This document shows positions 1 through 13,592 of a stretch of DNA of 64,000 nucleotides, piece after piece (the stretch's first letter is position 1; each line of letters begins with the position of its first letter). A program made the position numbers and the translations under genes. The DNA is from Octopus sinensis (lineage: Eukaryota). The stretch lies in NCBI RefSeq assembly GCF_006345805.1, contig NC_043002.1:43958001-44022000 (forward strand), read 5' to 3'. The notes beneath the pieces were generated by a model. It made no database searches, was not told where the DNA came from, and worked only from the letters and a program-made list of their open reading frames with translations.

Positions 1-365
1 TGTGTTTAATTAGTTTAGTTTGGCCATCCTCCCAGATACTTTGATGTTTCATGTGAGCACACCATCCATCACAGTCCTCCATGCATGTTCTTGATTCATC
101 AACATTTGCCATACCACTGTCCTAAAGCAAGTTGTCTACACAGGTTAGATGTTTTCTTCTCCTGTTGATTCTTCCTTCAAATGACTGTCACAAGACCATT
201 TAACACAGGTTCTTCTGGGTGCCTGACGGAATGACCAGCAATTCTCACTCTTCTCTGTGGATCTTCTCAGTCAGTTTGGGTAGGTCTTGACTAAGTTGCT
301 CATTGGTCAAATCAGCTCCCCATGTAGAATCCAGAGCCATTCTTAACATTCTTGTGTTGCAGTTG
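1..365 (-). mobile_element. Degenerate non-LTR retrotransposon (RTE-like) ORF2 C-terminal remnant
   Basis: Minus strand reads ...NTRMLRMALDSTWGADLTNEQL..DLPKLTEKI..., resembling the post-RT region of RTE-type LINEs; contains stops and frameshifts. Confidence 0.55.
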
Positions 366-2127
366 TCTATTTTTCAAAAACTTATAAAGTTAAAATTAAC
401 ATACCAATTGACGGATCTAAAGTACTTTAAGGAATTTGAATATTAATGCTCTCTAAAATGTCATTTTCTTGAACAACTTTTAATTTTTTTTACAATTTTT
501 ATGATTCACAATTAAATTTTCTATTTTATCCTATGATTCATCATTTATAGTCATTCATTATATATTTTATATGTGTTGTAGAAGCAATCTTATGATTTTT
601 AGATGCAGCTATACTGATGTATTGTAACTTTAATCCTGCAGAAGTTATTGCTATATTTCTTACATTCTGTAATAGTTTTTCTCTACATCAAGCCATTTCT
701 CTTTGTTCGTTGTAATTTATGTCTTAATAAACTTGTGATCTAATTATAATTTTTTTAAACATTTTTTTTTTCTGTCTTTCTATTAATATGTTTCCTTTGA
801 TCTCCCAGTAATTAAACATCTTGAAGTCTTTATTAATTTTTTAAAACTTATCTTCTTTACTGTTCCCATTAGCATTGTCTTTATGAAATATGGTATCAAG
901 TAGCTTACATTAATCAAAAAGAAATGAAGCATTTGTTGTGCATTTCATCAATGATATTTTATCTATTTGTATTGTTCGTTTGCCTTTTAGCATGTATACA
1001 TCTCCATTTGTTGTTTTCTTCTTTCATTCCTATTGTACTATTCTTTTCAGTGTTTGTCCGGAATTTCATTCACATAATAATATATTAGATTTATTATTTT
1101 TACTTTATTATTTTCATGTTATTGATTGGGTTTATTCTGTAAAAGTTTACTGTTTTCTTCTCTTGCATTGAAACATTGATATAATAATGATGATGATGAT
1201 GATGATGATGGTGGTGGTAGTGGTGGTGGTGATGATGATGATATAAAGAAAACATTCAACAAGATACTGAATAATTCTTGAATGAAAATTTTAGCGTCCA
1301 TTTGAATTGCAAGATAGTTGCAAATTTCAAAACATCTCTAATTATTTACTGCTCTGATTATTTACCTTCTAACAATTAAAATATTCTTTAACTTATTCAC
1401 GTTAAGACTTCATTTATTGATTACTCTGTAAAACTTAATCCTACACAAAATATCTACCCTTGAATTTATTTTTTGTATTCTGCTGTATTTTATTTGGAAT
1501 ACTGGTTTTTGCTTTTAAATGCAATCTTCATCCAAGAGAGAAATACTTCACGCCAAATTCTTTGCAATTGTAAATCAACTTCTCATTGGTCTTAGAATAA
1601 ACCTGTTTTCCTCAGGGAATCTACTCTTTTGATTATATTACTTCTCTGATGAATTATATATTCATAATTTGATGAATTGACAGTTAAAATTCTTGTATGA
1701 TGTCCCTTCCCAAGAGTTGCATCACATTATCGTACTACACTTACAGCTGTGGTGATTTTAGTATAGTAAGAAATTAAGGGAATCATAAACTCCAGTAGTT
1801 GCTTCCTCTCTTGAATCATTCTAGAATGTGGAAAAATAGGCAATGAATGAGCTGACAAAATAGAGAGATTGCTACTCTTATTGAAAAACATCTTAAAGTG
1901 TTTGTGCTGCATGTTTTAGAATTGGAGTGATTTATTCCTAAATACATCACTCAGGGTTATCTTCGAATTCTGCCATGCATTCATCATAAACTATATTTAT
2001 CATATTTTCAATGGTGCATTACTTTTGATATGGAATTTTCTTGATATCTGGTTTTTTACTTTTATTAATGGAAGCAGTTATTATACTTAGCATGTTCTTG
2101 ATTTCAGCAGTTAACATTACTAAATGT

Positions 2128-2690
2128 TTAACCCTTTAGTGAAGGCATATGGCTCAGTGGTTAGAGCATCGAGCTTACGATCGTGAGGTTGTGAGTTTGA
2201 ATCCCAGACCGGGCTGCGTGTTGTTTTCTTGAGCAAGGCACTTTATTTCACATTGCTCCAGTTCACCCAGCTGTAGAAATGAGTTGCAATGTTACAGGTA
2301 CCAAGCTGTATCTGCTGTTGCCTTTCCCTTGGATAACACTAGTAGCATGGAGAAGAGAGGCCGGTATGCATGGGTGACTGCTGGTCTTCCATAAACAACC
2401 TTGCCCGGACTTGTGCTTGGGAGGGTAACTTTCTAGGTGCAATCCTACAGTCAGTCATGACCGAAGGGGGTCTCATAACCCTTTAGGATATCTGGCCAAA
2501 CTATTCTACTCGTTTTATGTTCAAGTCAGTTAGATCTGGCCTCTCACACCTATGCTACAATGTTATTCTTAAAATAAATAATCACATCATCAAAATCTCA
2601 TAGCAATAAAGTTAATGCATGATTAATTAATAACAATGTGAATAAATAAGTATTGCATTTAACAGAGAAGTCTGAATGCTAAAAGGTTAA
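2128..2690. mobile_element. TTAA-flanked MITE (piggyBac-like ends) interrupted by a SINE
   Basis: TTAA-CCCTTTAG at the left end and CTGAATGCTAAAAGG-TTAA at the right end. The body (2487-2690) is homologous to a second copy at 4325-4550. Confidence 0.65.
2140..2475 (+). mobile_element. tRNA-derived SINE with an 11-bp target-site duplication
   Basis: A box TGGCTCAGTGG and B box GTTTGAATCCC; TAACCCTTTAG is duplicated at 2129-2139 and 2476-2486. Confidence 0.85.
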
Positions 2691-3715
2691 ATGTTTAAAA
2701 TGAGTTGTTGTTATTAATATAACCCTAACTCAGAATTGTTAGCACTCCAGGCAAAATGCTTAGTGGCATTTTGTCCATCTGCACATTTCTGAGTTCAAAT
2801 CCTGCTGAGGTTAACTGTGCATTTCATCCTTTCAGAGTCAACAAAATAAGTACCAGTTGAGCACTTGGGTCAATTTAATTGGCTTAACCCCTCTCCCCAA
2901 ATTGCTGGCCGTGTGCTAAAATTTGAAACCAATATAATTATGACTCTAACTTTTGGGATTATCAACTGCATGTTTATTTAAGATGTTGATTACATTTAAG
3001 CTAGACACACGCCTGGCAGTTTTGAAGGGAAAGGGTTAGTTAATACCATTGGCCCCAGTGCGTGGCTGATACTTTATTTTATTGACCTCTGATGGGTAAA
3101 ATGCAAAGTTGACTTCAGTGGGATTTCAAATCAGAATGTACTGAACTGGAAGAAATATCACAAGGCATTTTTTCTGATGCTTTATCAATTCTGCCAATCT
3201 ACTGCATTAATATGTACACAGTGTGTTGAGTATTTTCATCTGTAATTACCATCACGTGTCTTATAACTGATGTGCATACTGGATTTGAACTAAGAATCAG
3301 TACTGCTAAACTAAAGCTTGTAAAATTCCCTGTTATTCATAGCTCAGAATGTTTTATGCACTCTTAGATTAGTAACACAAGTTTCTAGGTTGAATCCACA
3401 CTAGAAGTATGTGTATATGCAGGAGTAAGACATCTAATGAGTATCAGAGATCAACCGATTAAAATGATGTGTAGACATTGATATTGTTAAAATGTGGTTC
3501 ATCTCAGGTTATTAGCTTGATATTTGTTTCTAAGGAAAATAATTGTTTTTCAAGCCGCTAAATTATTTGATGAATTTGGTGGCTTATAACCAAAGAATTT
3601 ACAAACCAAATTTCAACCTGGTACATCTATAAATACAGTAAAATTGTTTGTTATTATACTTATCACCAACCTTGATAAAATGTCTTATTTATGATATGAA
3701 TTGTGAACTTTTCAG

Positions 3716-3939
3716 GAGAACTCTATGATGACCAGTACTGCATACCAAAGACAGAGAGAACTAACTGAGAGTAAGATTTTAAAGTTGCAAGGAAGCATCC
3801 AAGGTTTAACAAAAAGTGCAAACCCATTGGGTAAGATAATGGATTACATTCAAGAAGATCTAGATTCTATGCACAAAGAGTTGAACCAATGGAAAGGAGA
3901 AAAGCTAGAATACAGATTAGCTTTGAAAGAGGAGAGAGA
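3716..3939 (+). CDS. TRAF3IP1: TRAF3-interacting protein 1 / IFT54 (MIP-T3), penultimate coding exon
   Basis: Translates [59 protein letters not shown]..., matching the recalled IFT54 C-terminal coiled coil ([26 protein letters not shown]). Acceptor ttttcag ends at 3715; donor GTAAGT at 3940-3945 (phase 2). Confidence 0.93.
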
Positions 3940-4324
3940 GTAAGTATTCATTATATGTAATCTATGTCTTATAATTATGTATATATTGATGAAATTTTCG
4001 TAGAATGTGCTTTATAATAGATGTAGATAATTGTATGTTATTTACAGCTTGCTCACAGCAATCAAATAAAACTTCGCATATTTATGTGTATCTAATTCTT
4101 CTATTTCATATTTGCAATACATTCCTTGCCCCATCGTATAGTTAAATTTATGTTGTTCTATTTACTTAATCTTTTTCTCTTGAAGCAAAATATGTCCTAC
4201 TGCTGTTTCTTGGTTAATTGAATTGTTCCTATGTTGCTTCTTGCATTCCTTTATATACAGAAAATGAATCAAGTTTGCTGCTGATACATTGAATTAATGC
4301 CCTATTTACATAAAAATATTTTCC

Positions 4325-4550
4325 TTCACTTTAGCATTTGAACTGACCATATCTGACCCAAATATTCTATTTGTTCTATGTTCAAACCAGCCAGATCTAG
4401 CCTCTCAGACCTACCTTACAATGTCATTCTAAAAATAAACAATCACATCATAGAAATCTTAATGCTACAAGATAATGGATGATTAATTCATAGCAGTATG
4501 AATAAATAAGTATTGCATTTGACAGAGTAATCTGAATGTAAAAGAGTTAA
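4325..4550. mobile_element. Second copy of the TTAA-type MITE
   Basis: Colinear similarity to 2487-2690; ends tctgaatgtaaaagagTTAA. Confidence 0.65.
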
Positions 4551-7083
4551 ACTGTTTTCTCAATTTTTTTTTCAGTCTTCTCTCTCCTCACCTTCCAACC
4601 TGGCCTTTTATCCCACCAAAATACCAGTAATAACACTCTGAGGCTCAAATTCCGTATTGTCTGTAGAACTACACTTCTGTATAATATTTACGAAAACATT
4701 CCCAATTATTTCTGTTGGCTCATCTTAAAATAGTTCTTCAGTTAACTTACACAACTGTACCTTTATGTATCTGTACATTTATGGTTTAGTTGATTTAGTT
4801 GAGTCCAAGATTTACTGGTTTTAATATTAAGAAGCATTGGAGTGTTAGTTAAGCAACACCTTTTAGTACATCAGACTAAATTACTTGTGATATAAAAAGT
4901 TATTTACATTTAAATTTTGCTGAGATAAACTTTGTTTCATAATGTATCAGTCAAGTACTTGGGTTAATATAATTGACTGTACTGACCTTTAAACTTTCTA
5001 GTTATGTCCCAATGTTAGTTATAAATATTTCAGTCACTCAGATATATGAGTCTCAAATGTCTTAATATAATTAGACTGTCAAGATTCTCAAAATCTTTGG
5101 ATTAATTTGTATTTGAAGAATAGTAGTAATTGATCAATATGTAATGGTGCTGCTTTTACAAGAATGTATTGTTAAAAGCAACTTATAACCAAATTCATAT
5201 GGAGGAATAATCAAGATTTCTGATTAGTCTTGATCATCACATCATATCAGATCTATGAGTGAGTCGCTTGTTTTATTACTTGAAGTTGTCTATCCAAGCT
5301 GTTTATCTATAGCTCTTGAATAGTTTTCTGTGAATAACTCACTGAGTGATAGACATAGTGACAATGCTATGTCGTCTAATGTCAAGCATTAAGTGTTTTA
5401 CTATTCTCAGTCACCTTCCTTGTCTACTTGTCAGTTGGTTCACTAGTTTGTTTAACCTTTTTTTTAATATCTCACTCATTTTAAATTTTAACGTTCTGTT
5501 TGTAACTTTTGTTTTTGAAAACTTAAAACCTTTCTTTCTCGCATGGTTGCAATAAATCATAAAAATATCTCCCTACTCTTCACCCTTTCACTTCAACTTT
5601 TTATTTATTTATTTTGTCATTTACTTGCCCACACAACAATGCCAATTTTGCTACCTTCTTCATTTTCAGATAAAGAATAATGGCCCAAAACATTAGATTA
5701 TTCACTCTCCACAAACTTTAAATAAACTAAACTCTTGCATTATCTGTAATGTTGCCATTACAGATAATCACCAGATTCTAGATTTTAACTCATTAGGAAT
5801 TATTAGGTGTATTTGTTTAACTATGACTTTGAGCTTACAATAAACTTGCTGTGTTACCTTTCAACAAAAGAGTACCATAATATGCTCATCAAGCAAAACT
5901 CAAGTCCTGCTTTTGAAAGGTTTAGTGCCAGATGTAATATTTCCATAAAAGCATTCTATATTTAGACAATTCACTTAACCACCCAATAAACTTAAACTAG
6001 TTTTCTGGTAATGTGAGTGTAGAATATATCATCAAGAATACAACTTCTTTGCTCCAGCCAATGAACCACAGTGTGATAGCTAATTTGAAGTCATATCATC
6101 TGAGAAAAACTTTCAAACAACTTAGAAATGTAATTGACAGAGAGGATAAATCTACATTTAGGTGACATCTAATCAAATTCAGCATAATGGGTGCTGTGAA
6201 TGACATACCTAGTCATGGGATGAAGTGAACCTCTCAAATTTGAATGATGTTTGCCAAAATATATAGCCAGATTATCTCCATGACTTTAAGAGTTTTCCAT
6301 AAGCAGAAAGTCTATATCAAAATTAGAAATGTATTGTGACATGGCATACGGTTTGAAGAAGTCATATAAAATAATGTGGTTGACTGATTAGTATCCTATA
6401 GAGGAAGTTTATCTAATGAGGAACTGATTCTGTTAAGAGAGCAAACTGAAAATACAGAACTTCCACAAGCTCCATCTGTATCGACTGCAGGAATGTATGT
6501 TGTATAGATATCAATCTGTGTCAGTTGGACATTCACAAGAGCAATGGAAACTTCCAAACTATGTCACTTTCATCTTAAGTTTAAAATTAATGACAAAAAG
6601 AAATCAAATAATTTGCCAAAATCAAAGAAAATTTTAATTTACGTTATTTAAAATATTATCCAAACTCAAAGTTTGTTGTACAGTTTTTGCTGACGGAAAT
6701 CACCAACAGTTTCCTTGGATTCTATTAATGAGGCTTTCCCTGCTTTTTTGTGGAAGAAATTTCACCATTAATTCAATTACGGGATCATGGTACTTTCAGA
6801 AATCATAGATATATTGGGAGTTTGTTTTAATGTTAGCATGTATAATACAATCAACATGTGAGCTGAAGTATATTTCAAAAGTGAAATTGATGCTAGTATT
6901 TTATATATCACCTGGAAAATGAATCCAAAGGAATACAAAAGCTAAGCAAGTAATACAAAATTGATTCTCATTATTTTCCCTGAACATATATAATCATAAT
7001 TTCAAAAATGGTTGGTATATCTATTCCCTAACTCATGGAACATATATGTGTGTGAGTATATAAGTATTTGGCCAAAAGTAAGC

Positions 7084-9118
7084 CATTATATTTAGCCTTT
7101 GATGACCTGGAGAAAGCATTCGACAGGGTTCCCCGCTCTCATATTTGGTGGTCTCTAAGGAAGCTAGGAGTAGAGGAGTGGCTTGTTAGGACAGCTCAAG
7201 CCATGCCAGGGATCTGTTCTTAGTCCTATCTTATTCATCATAGTTCTCCAGATGGATTCAAAACTGGATGCCCATGTGAACTACTATATGCTGATGATCT
7301 TGCTCTTATTACTGAATCTGAAGCAGAATTGGAGAAGTTCCAGGTTTGGGAGCAAAACCAGGAATCAAAGGGCCTTTAAGTTAACTTAGCTTAGACTAAA
7401 GTTATTGTTAGCAAGAAAGGAGATAAGACTCTCATTTTGGCTGGGAAATGGCCCTGTTCAATATGTAGGAAAAGACTGTGATGTAATTCCATTTGCTGCA
7501 ACAAGTGTAACCTATGGACACATAAGAGATACAGTGGAATTGTGGGAAGATTATCATATAAGGTTGCTTTCATGTGTGGCAGATGCGCAGGAACAGTAAG
7601 TACTAAGAGCATGAGGGACTTAAATACTCTCAAATGCTCAGGAGGCTCTCTTGAGGTAGTAGATAGTTTCTGCTATTTAGATGAATAAATTAGTAATGGT
7701 GGTGGATGCTCTGAAAGTATTGTTTTTTTTTAATAAGAATAGGGAAGAGGATGTTCAGAGAACCACTACCTCTGTTGGCAGCAAAAGGATTCTCTCTCAG
7801 AGTGTAAAGTAGGTTGTATGATGCCTGTGCGAGAACAGCTATGTTAGATGGTAGTGAGACATGGGCTCTGGCTGCAGAGGACATGCATAAACTGGAGAGG
7901 AATCAAGGTAATATGCTCTGTTGGATTTGCAACACCAGTGTGCATGACCAACAAAGCACAACTGTGTTGAGAGAAAAGTTAGGTATAAGATGGATTAAAT
8001 GTGGTATGCAGGAGAGGAGACTGCGTTGGTTTGGACATGTGATGCATATGAATGAGGACATCTGTATACAGAAGTGCCTGTCACTGAAAGTGGATGGTAG
8101 CTGTGGAATAGAGAGGAAGAGAGAGACCAGGAAGGCATGGGATGAAGTGACAAGGACTGATCTTTGGATGTTGGGGCTCATAGAGGAAATGACAGTAGAG
8201 TGAAGTGTTTGGCGAAATGAGATCCTTGAGAAGACCCATCCACAAAACTAAGTGCTAGAAGAGTTGTGTCCCACCCACATGTAACAACACACTTTTCACC
8301 CACTCTACCCTAAGAAATCAAACTATAATTCCTCTTCTAACTATATCTTTCTCTTCCCCACATTTCCTCCTCATGCATTATGATTGTTTTCCAGTCCTCT
8401 TTCTTTCCCTTACTGTCATGCTCACTGTATCACTGCTCCCCACCACTACCACCACTCACACACACCACCTATTTTTCTAACCAGATTCTATGCTCTTATT
8501 CTTATCACTTGTAAGTATACCCTAGCACTACACCATCTCTCTTCTGCTCTCTCTTACATTTTTGCTGTTTCCTACTCTCTTTCTCCTCTTGTTTTTTCTC
8601 TGACTAGGTAACCAAGTATTGCCTTTACATCAGCACACTTGTTTCTGGCCCCTCTCTCACCATGTACCTCCTCTATTGCCTCTCTATTTCTCTGTTACAC
8701 TCTAACCTTTCATCACTTAATACTGGATCACTTCCTCTAATGCCCACTCTGTTGTGGCAAGACACCTGCTTCTGTCTCTTTGTCATACTCTAACCTTTCA
8801 TCCTCTGACACAAATGCCCTGCCACCCCCACCCCCCTCATAATTCCTTGTCTTGTGAGTTACTTGGTTAGCGTCTGGAACAGCATCCAGCTGTAAAAATC
8901 TTGTCAAAACTAACTTCGCCTGTGCTAGTGCCACATCAAAAGCACTGAGTTCACTCTGCAAAGCGGTTGGTGTTAGGAAGGGCATCTGGCTGTAAAATTC
9001 CTGCCAAAACAGATGCAGTAGCCTTAGGTAGATTTTCTACCTGGCCAGCTCCTTTCAACTGTCCTACCCATGCATACATGGTAGATGGATATTTAACAAT
9101 GATGATGATGTTGATGAT
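7084..9118 (+). mobile_element. 5'-truncated RTE-clade LINE (RT C-terminal half plus 3' UTR)
   Basis: Motifs AF.DLEKAFDRVPR, QGSVLSPILFII, LYADDL and YDACARTAMLDGSETWA...RLRWFGHV; ends in a (TGA)n tail at about 9100-9118; frameshifted. Confidence 0.88.
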
Positions 9119-9295
9119 ATATATAAAATTAATTTTTGTTGGCAATTTTACAATCAGGAAGCAAATGATGAGGTATAAACAAACAGTTGTGAAAATATTT
9201 ACTTCAATCACATGTATAAATAATGGAATTTGCTTCCTGTTTCTTATAATATATATATATATATATATGCACGCACACACACACACATATATATA

Positions 9296-9330
<35 letters not shown>

Positions 9331-10111
9331 CGCACACATATACCCATACACAGACACTAGGAGTGCTGCCATTTATTTTCTGATATTTTCTTTTGGTCTG
9401 TTAAATAAACAATAGTGTCTGATTTGGTTTTCATTAATATCATAAGATTTTATAGAAGCTATCAATAAAAAATCAGTTTCAAATTATCTGGCAGTTTTCA
9501 TTATATTAATATTTCATATACATTTCATTTCTTCATTCATTGGCTTAAGTTATTTTAAAATCAAATCTGATTATTACTTTTTTATTTAATTGATAAGAAG
9601 TAAATATAGTTAAAAAATGATTTTTTTTTCCGTAACCATTTTAATCATTTTTGCCATCTTCCCCCTCATATATTATTATGATCATCTCATTATCATTCTA
9701 GTAGTATTTGTAGTTATAGTAGCTATTGTAGTATTGTAATAAGTTTCTTGAAATATTTTTTTGCTCTATATAAATTGGTCTGCTTGTGTTGTGTAAAAGA
9801 TCTGAGTCGTAGTTTTTATCCATCACAATAATATGTAGTTATTCAACTGTCTGTATCATCAGAACACACCATAATAGCCTCGGGGAAACGACAATAAATA
9901 AAATTGAAATTTCCTTCTCTATTTTCTTTTAGTTTACTATCAGTTCGATAAATTACAGAGTAGCATCATTGATTTTATATTTTGTTTTAAGGTTTTTGTA
10001 TGACAATGTGTAGAATAGCTTAATCATATTGTTCGTGAATTCTACTGATTCTAAAGAATAATTTGTTGGCCCTTTCTTTTACATAAAAACAAAAAGAAAA
10101 TGAGTCTGAGA

Positions 10112-10498
10112 AAACTGACTGATGTGTTTATCTTTTATTTCTGTCATTTGACTGTGGCCATGCTGGGGCACCACCCTGATAGGTTTTTTTAGTCAAACAA
10201 ATCAACTCCAGGACGCCTGGTACTTATTCTATTGGTCTCTTTTGCCAAACCACTAAGTTATGTGGACATAAACACACCAACAACAGTTGTCATGCAGTGG
10301 TGAGAGACAAACATGGACACACACACACACATATATATATGACAGGCTTCTTTCAGTTTCCATCTACCAAACTACTCACAAGGTATTGGTCAACCCAAGG
10401 CTATAGTGAAAGACACTTGTACAAGATGCCATGCAGTGGGACTGAACTCAGGGCCATATGGCTGGGAAGCAAGCTTCTTACCACACAGCCATGCCTGT
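10112..10498 (-). mobile_element. tRNA-derived SINE (family also at 12431-12790 +, 20576-20965 +, 26640-26820 -, 46946-47476 -)
   Basis: Head GGCATGGCTGTGTGGTAAGAAGCTTGCTTCC...GAGTTCAGTCCC, internal CA/TA microsatellite and a shared tail; repeated at least five times in the window. Confidence 0.8.
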
Positions 10499-12430
10499 AA
10501 AAATTGTAGTGGAGTACATAAGTTTTTTGATGCTGTTTGTATATTGTGAGAGAAGAATTTCATGTTATGGGAGTGACCTCTTGTCTGAGAAGAAGAAACA
10601 GTTTGAAGAATGAAACAAGGATATATTTATTAACAACATTCATTTCTTTACATTGACTTTTACATAAGTATAGCTGTAGGTGTTACTAGTACTTGTTTTG
10701 TCAACTCTTGTGAAACGAAGAAAGAAGTTCTTGTACAGCATGTTTTGAAAATGAATCTGAGAAGTTCTGAAGCAGCTCTAGTTATAAAGTATTTCTGTAA
10801 TTCTACAGATCACTTTCTTACATACATTATTGGTAAATTCTGTTGGTACTGGTTTCATAATAAATGTTATTTTTATTGTATGACTTCATTTATAACATAC
10901 CTACAGCTGTTGTACTGATTAACAAAGTGACTTATTTTTATTTATAGATGTACTATACAACTAACAACAAATGTGCTTCATTTGAGGTTTTTTCAAGTTC
11001 CAAGAATTTCAGTGAGATTTCATTGTGTAGTTTAACATGGCCGTCTTGCAGTTGTTGTTGTTTTTGTTTAAGCTTTGGTTCACTCTGAATGAGCTGACCT
11101 ATAACTAAAGGCAGTCCAGCTGTAACCATTCCACTTTTATTTTAGACAGTGATGTAGGACTATGGTATTTGTTGCATAATTTCTGTTTTTAATCCAGTAG
11201 GAAAGAAGTTGAGTGAGATTTGGCTATCATTGCTAGCCACTTGAGCAACCATATAGAGGCTCAATACAACTGGTAGCTTATATTTCAGGTTGATAAAAAG
11301 ACCCATTATGAAATGTACTGTAGAAAAATATAAGCAAAAATAAATAAATAGAATTAATATGTTCCACTCCTAACTAATTATGCTATAGAATGATTTGAAG
11401 CCTCTTGATTTGAAGCTCATTACACATTGCTAATTCAATTGTGCCTATTCAAATGAGGCCCCTTAAATGATTGCTAAGAATTCACTTGCTCCATGCTTAT
11501 TCTAGCATTCCTAATATGATCATATTTCTATCTGTTCCCTGCACATTTTGTTCATCAAGCAGCTTAATAAATCCCATTAATGCCTGCTCATACTTTTCCT
11601 CTTAACATTTTCATTCTTCACTAATTGCTACTTTTATACTATTCCACTCAACTCTCCAAGTAATACTATGATCTTTGTTATAAGTTACCTCTCATTTTAT
11701 GTTTTTTCTTGCTTTTCTTTTTAAATTATTCTTTTAGCAATTAGTTTTCTGGTTGTCCATTTTAGTCATTTATTTATTTACTTCTTTTTTTTTCAGTGAA
11801 ATTATATTTATCATATGTCATAAATTAAATTAGGGATGTACTTTGGGAATACATGTCAATTCTGATTCACTATTCTATTTTATTAGTATCTTATGGTAAA
11901 CTAGTTGTGAAGCAGTATTTAGAGCATCCAGTGCAAAAAAGGATAGTATATTCAAAGGTGGACTGGACTGAAAATTTCTACTGGAAAAACCATGTAAAAG
12001 AATTCACCGAATGCTAAGATTTACCTTTGATATCATAAAAAAGACAATGGTTTTAAGCTGGTTAATAAACTGCTATATTTTGAAATTGTACTTATGTAGC
12101 AAGTAAAATGATCTGAGACTATGTTTCAAAACTGAAACAACTGTATTATTCAAGAGCCATTTCATTATGCATAAAAGTGTTAAATTAAGTTTAAGTTGAA
12201 ATTTAATTCATGAGGTGTCAGACTTTTGTTATGTAACTACAACCTTGTCTGACACAGTGTTGCAGTGGGACTGTGTCAGTGATCAGGTCTCAGCTGTGCA
12301 ACAAGAATTTTTGAGACTTCATAACATAAATCTAGAATGAACTTAACAGCATTGTGTGTTGTGAGATGGTTGTTCTATGATGTAATTACTTGCTACATTT
12401 CATCCATATTTTATTCATGAACATTAGATA

Positions 12431-12790
12431 TAGGTGCATGCTGTGTGGTTAAGAAGTTTGTTTGCAACCACATGGTTTCAGGTTTGGTCCTACTGTGCAG
12501 CACTTTGTCCAAATGTCTTCTACTATAGCCCCAGGCTGACCAATGCCTTGTGAGCAAAATTAATGGACCAAAACTGTGTGGAAACCTGTCATGTGTGTGC
12601 CTGGCTGTCTGTGTGTGTACCCCACCATTTGACAATATGTTGGGTTGTTTATATCCCCATAATGTAACTGTTTGCCAAGAGAAACTGATAGAATAAGTAT
12701 CAAACTCTAAAAGAAAACTAATTACCATGCTCAATTTGTTTACCTTAACACTTAATGGTAGTGCCACAGCATGGCCACAGTTCAATAATA
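12431..12790 (+). mobile_element. tRNA-derived SINE copy
   Basis: Homologous to 10112-10498 and 20576-20965. Confidence 0.75.
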
Positions 12791-13291
12791 AATATAGATA
12801 ACTCATGAATTAAAATCTTTATCATGAAACGACCAGTTTGTGTTTTATAAAGCACAAATCCTTTCGCAAGCAATCTAGGAAACTGCTTGTTTAGTTTTTC
12901 TCAAGAAAAAGAATATCATCCACAGAAACTACTGCAAATCTTTTATGATATTCATCTGCATAAAAATTGTGAGTGTCTCATTTGATAGCATGGAGCATCA
13001 ATGAGTTAAACTGTTTTTCTTTAGCTTTCTGAGCATAGGTTTGCAACTGATTTGAGTGAACGATAAGGTTAAAAGATTTATAATCTAAGAAAAAATTGAA
13101 GTATGCAATGAATAATCATATACGCTCCAATGATAGTAAAGCAGGCATTTCTTACTGGGCTTTCCAGAAGTGCAACATGAATTTGAAGTGTGTACAGTTC
13201 TGATTCAAAGGGTTTGTTGCAAACTCTTCAAAGTTTTTGAAATGCAGTCAGAGTTCGGGATAAAAGCAATCTTCATTGAATGAATGAGAAC

Positions 13292-13342
<51 letters not shown>

Positions 13343-13345
<3 letters not shown>

Positions 13346-13544
13346 AGAGTTTACGAAAAAAACAAAAGACAAAGACAGGTGGTGTACAAAACAAACAGAT
13401 GTATTAGTATAATGCTCAGGAATAGTAAAAGTCTTTTACGTTACGAGCCTATGCTCTTCTACAGAAAAGGACACAGAAAAAACAAGGAGAGAGAAAAAAT
13501 GTGTGTAGTGGCTAACAATCTATCATGACTCAGACAGAAGGGCC

Positions 13545-13548
<4 letters not shown>
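13343..13548 (-). mobile_element. Short Penelope-type terminal-repeat fragment with a variant hammerhead-like motif, inserted in (AT)n
   Basis: Homologous to 51163-51351; flanked by (AT)n on both sides; motif at 13433-13469. Confidence 0.6.
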
Positions 13549-13592
<44 letters not shown>

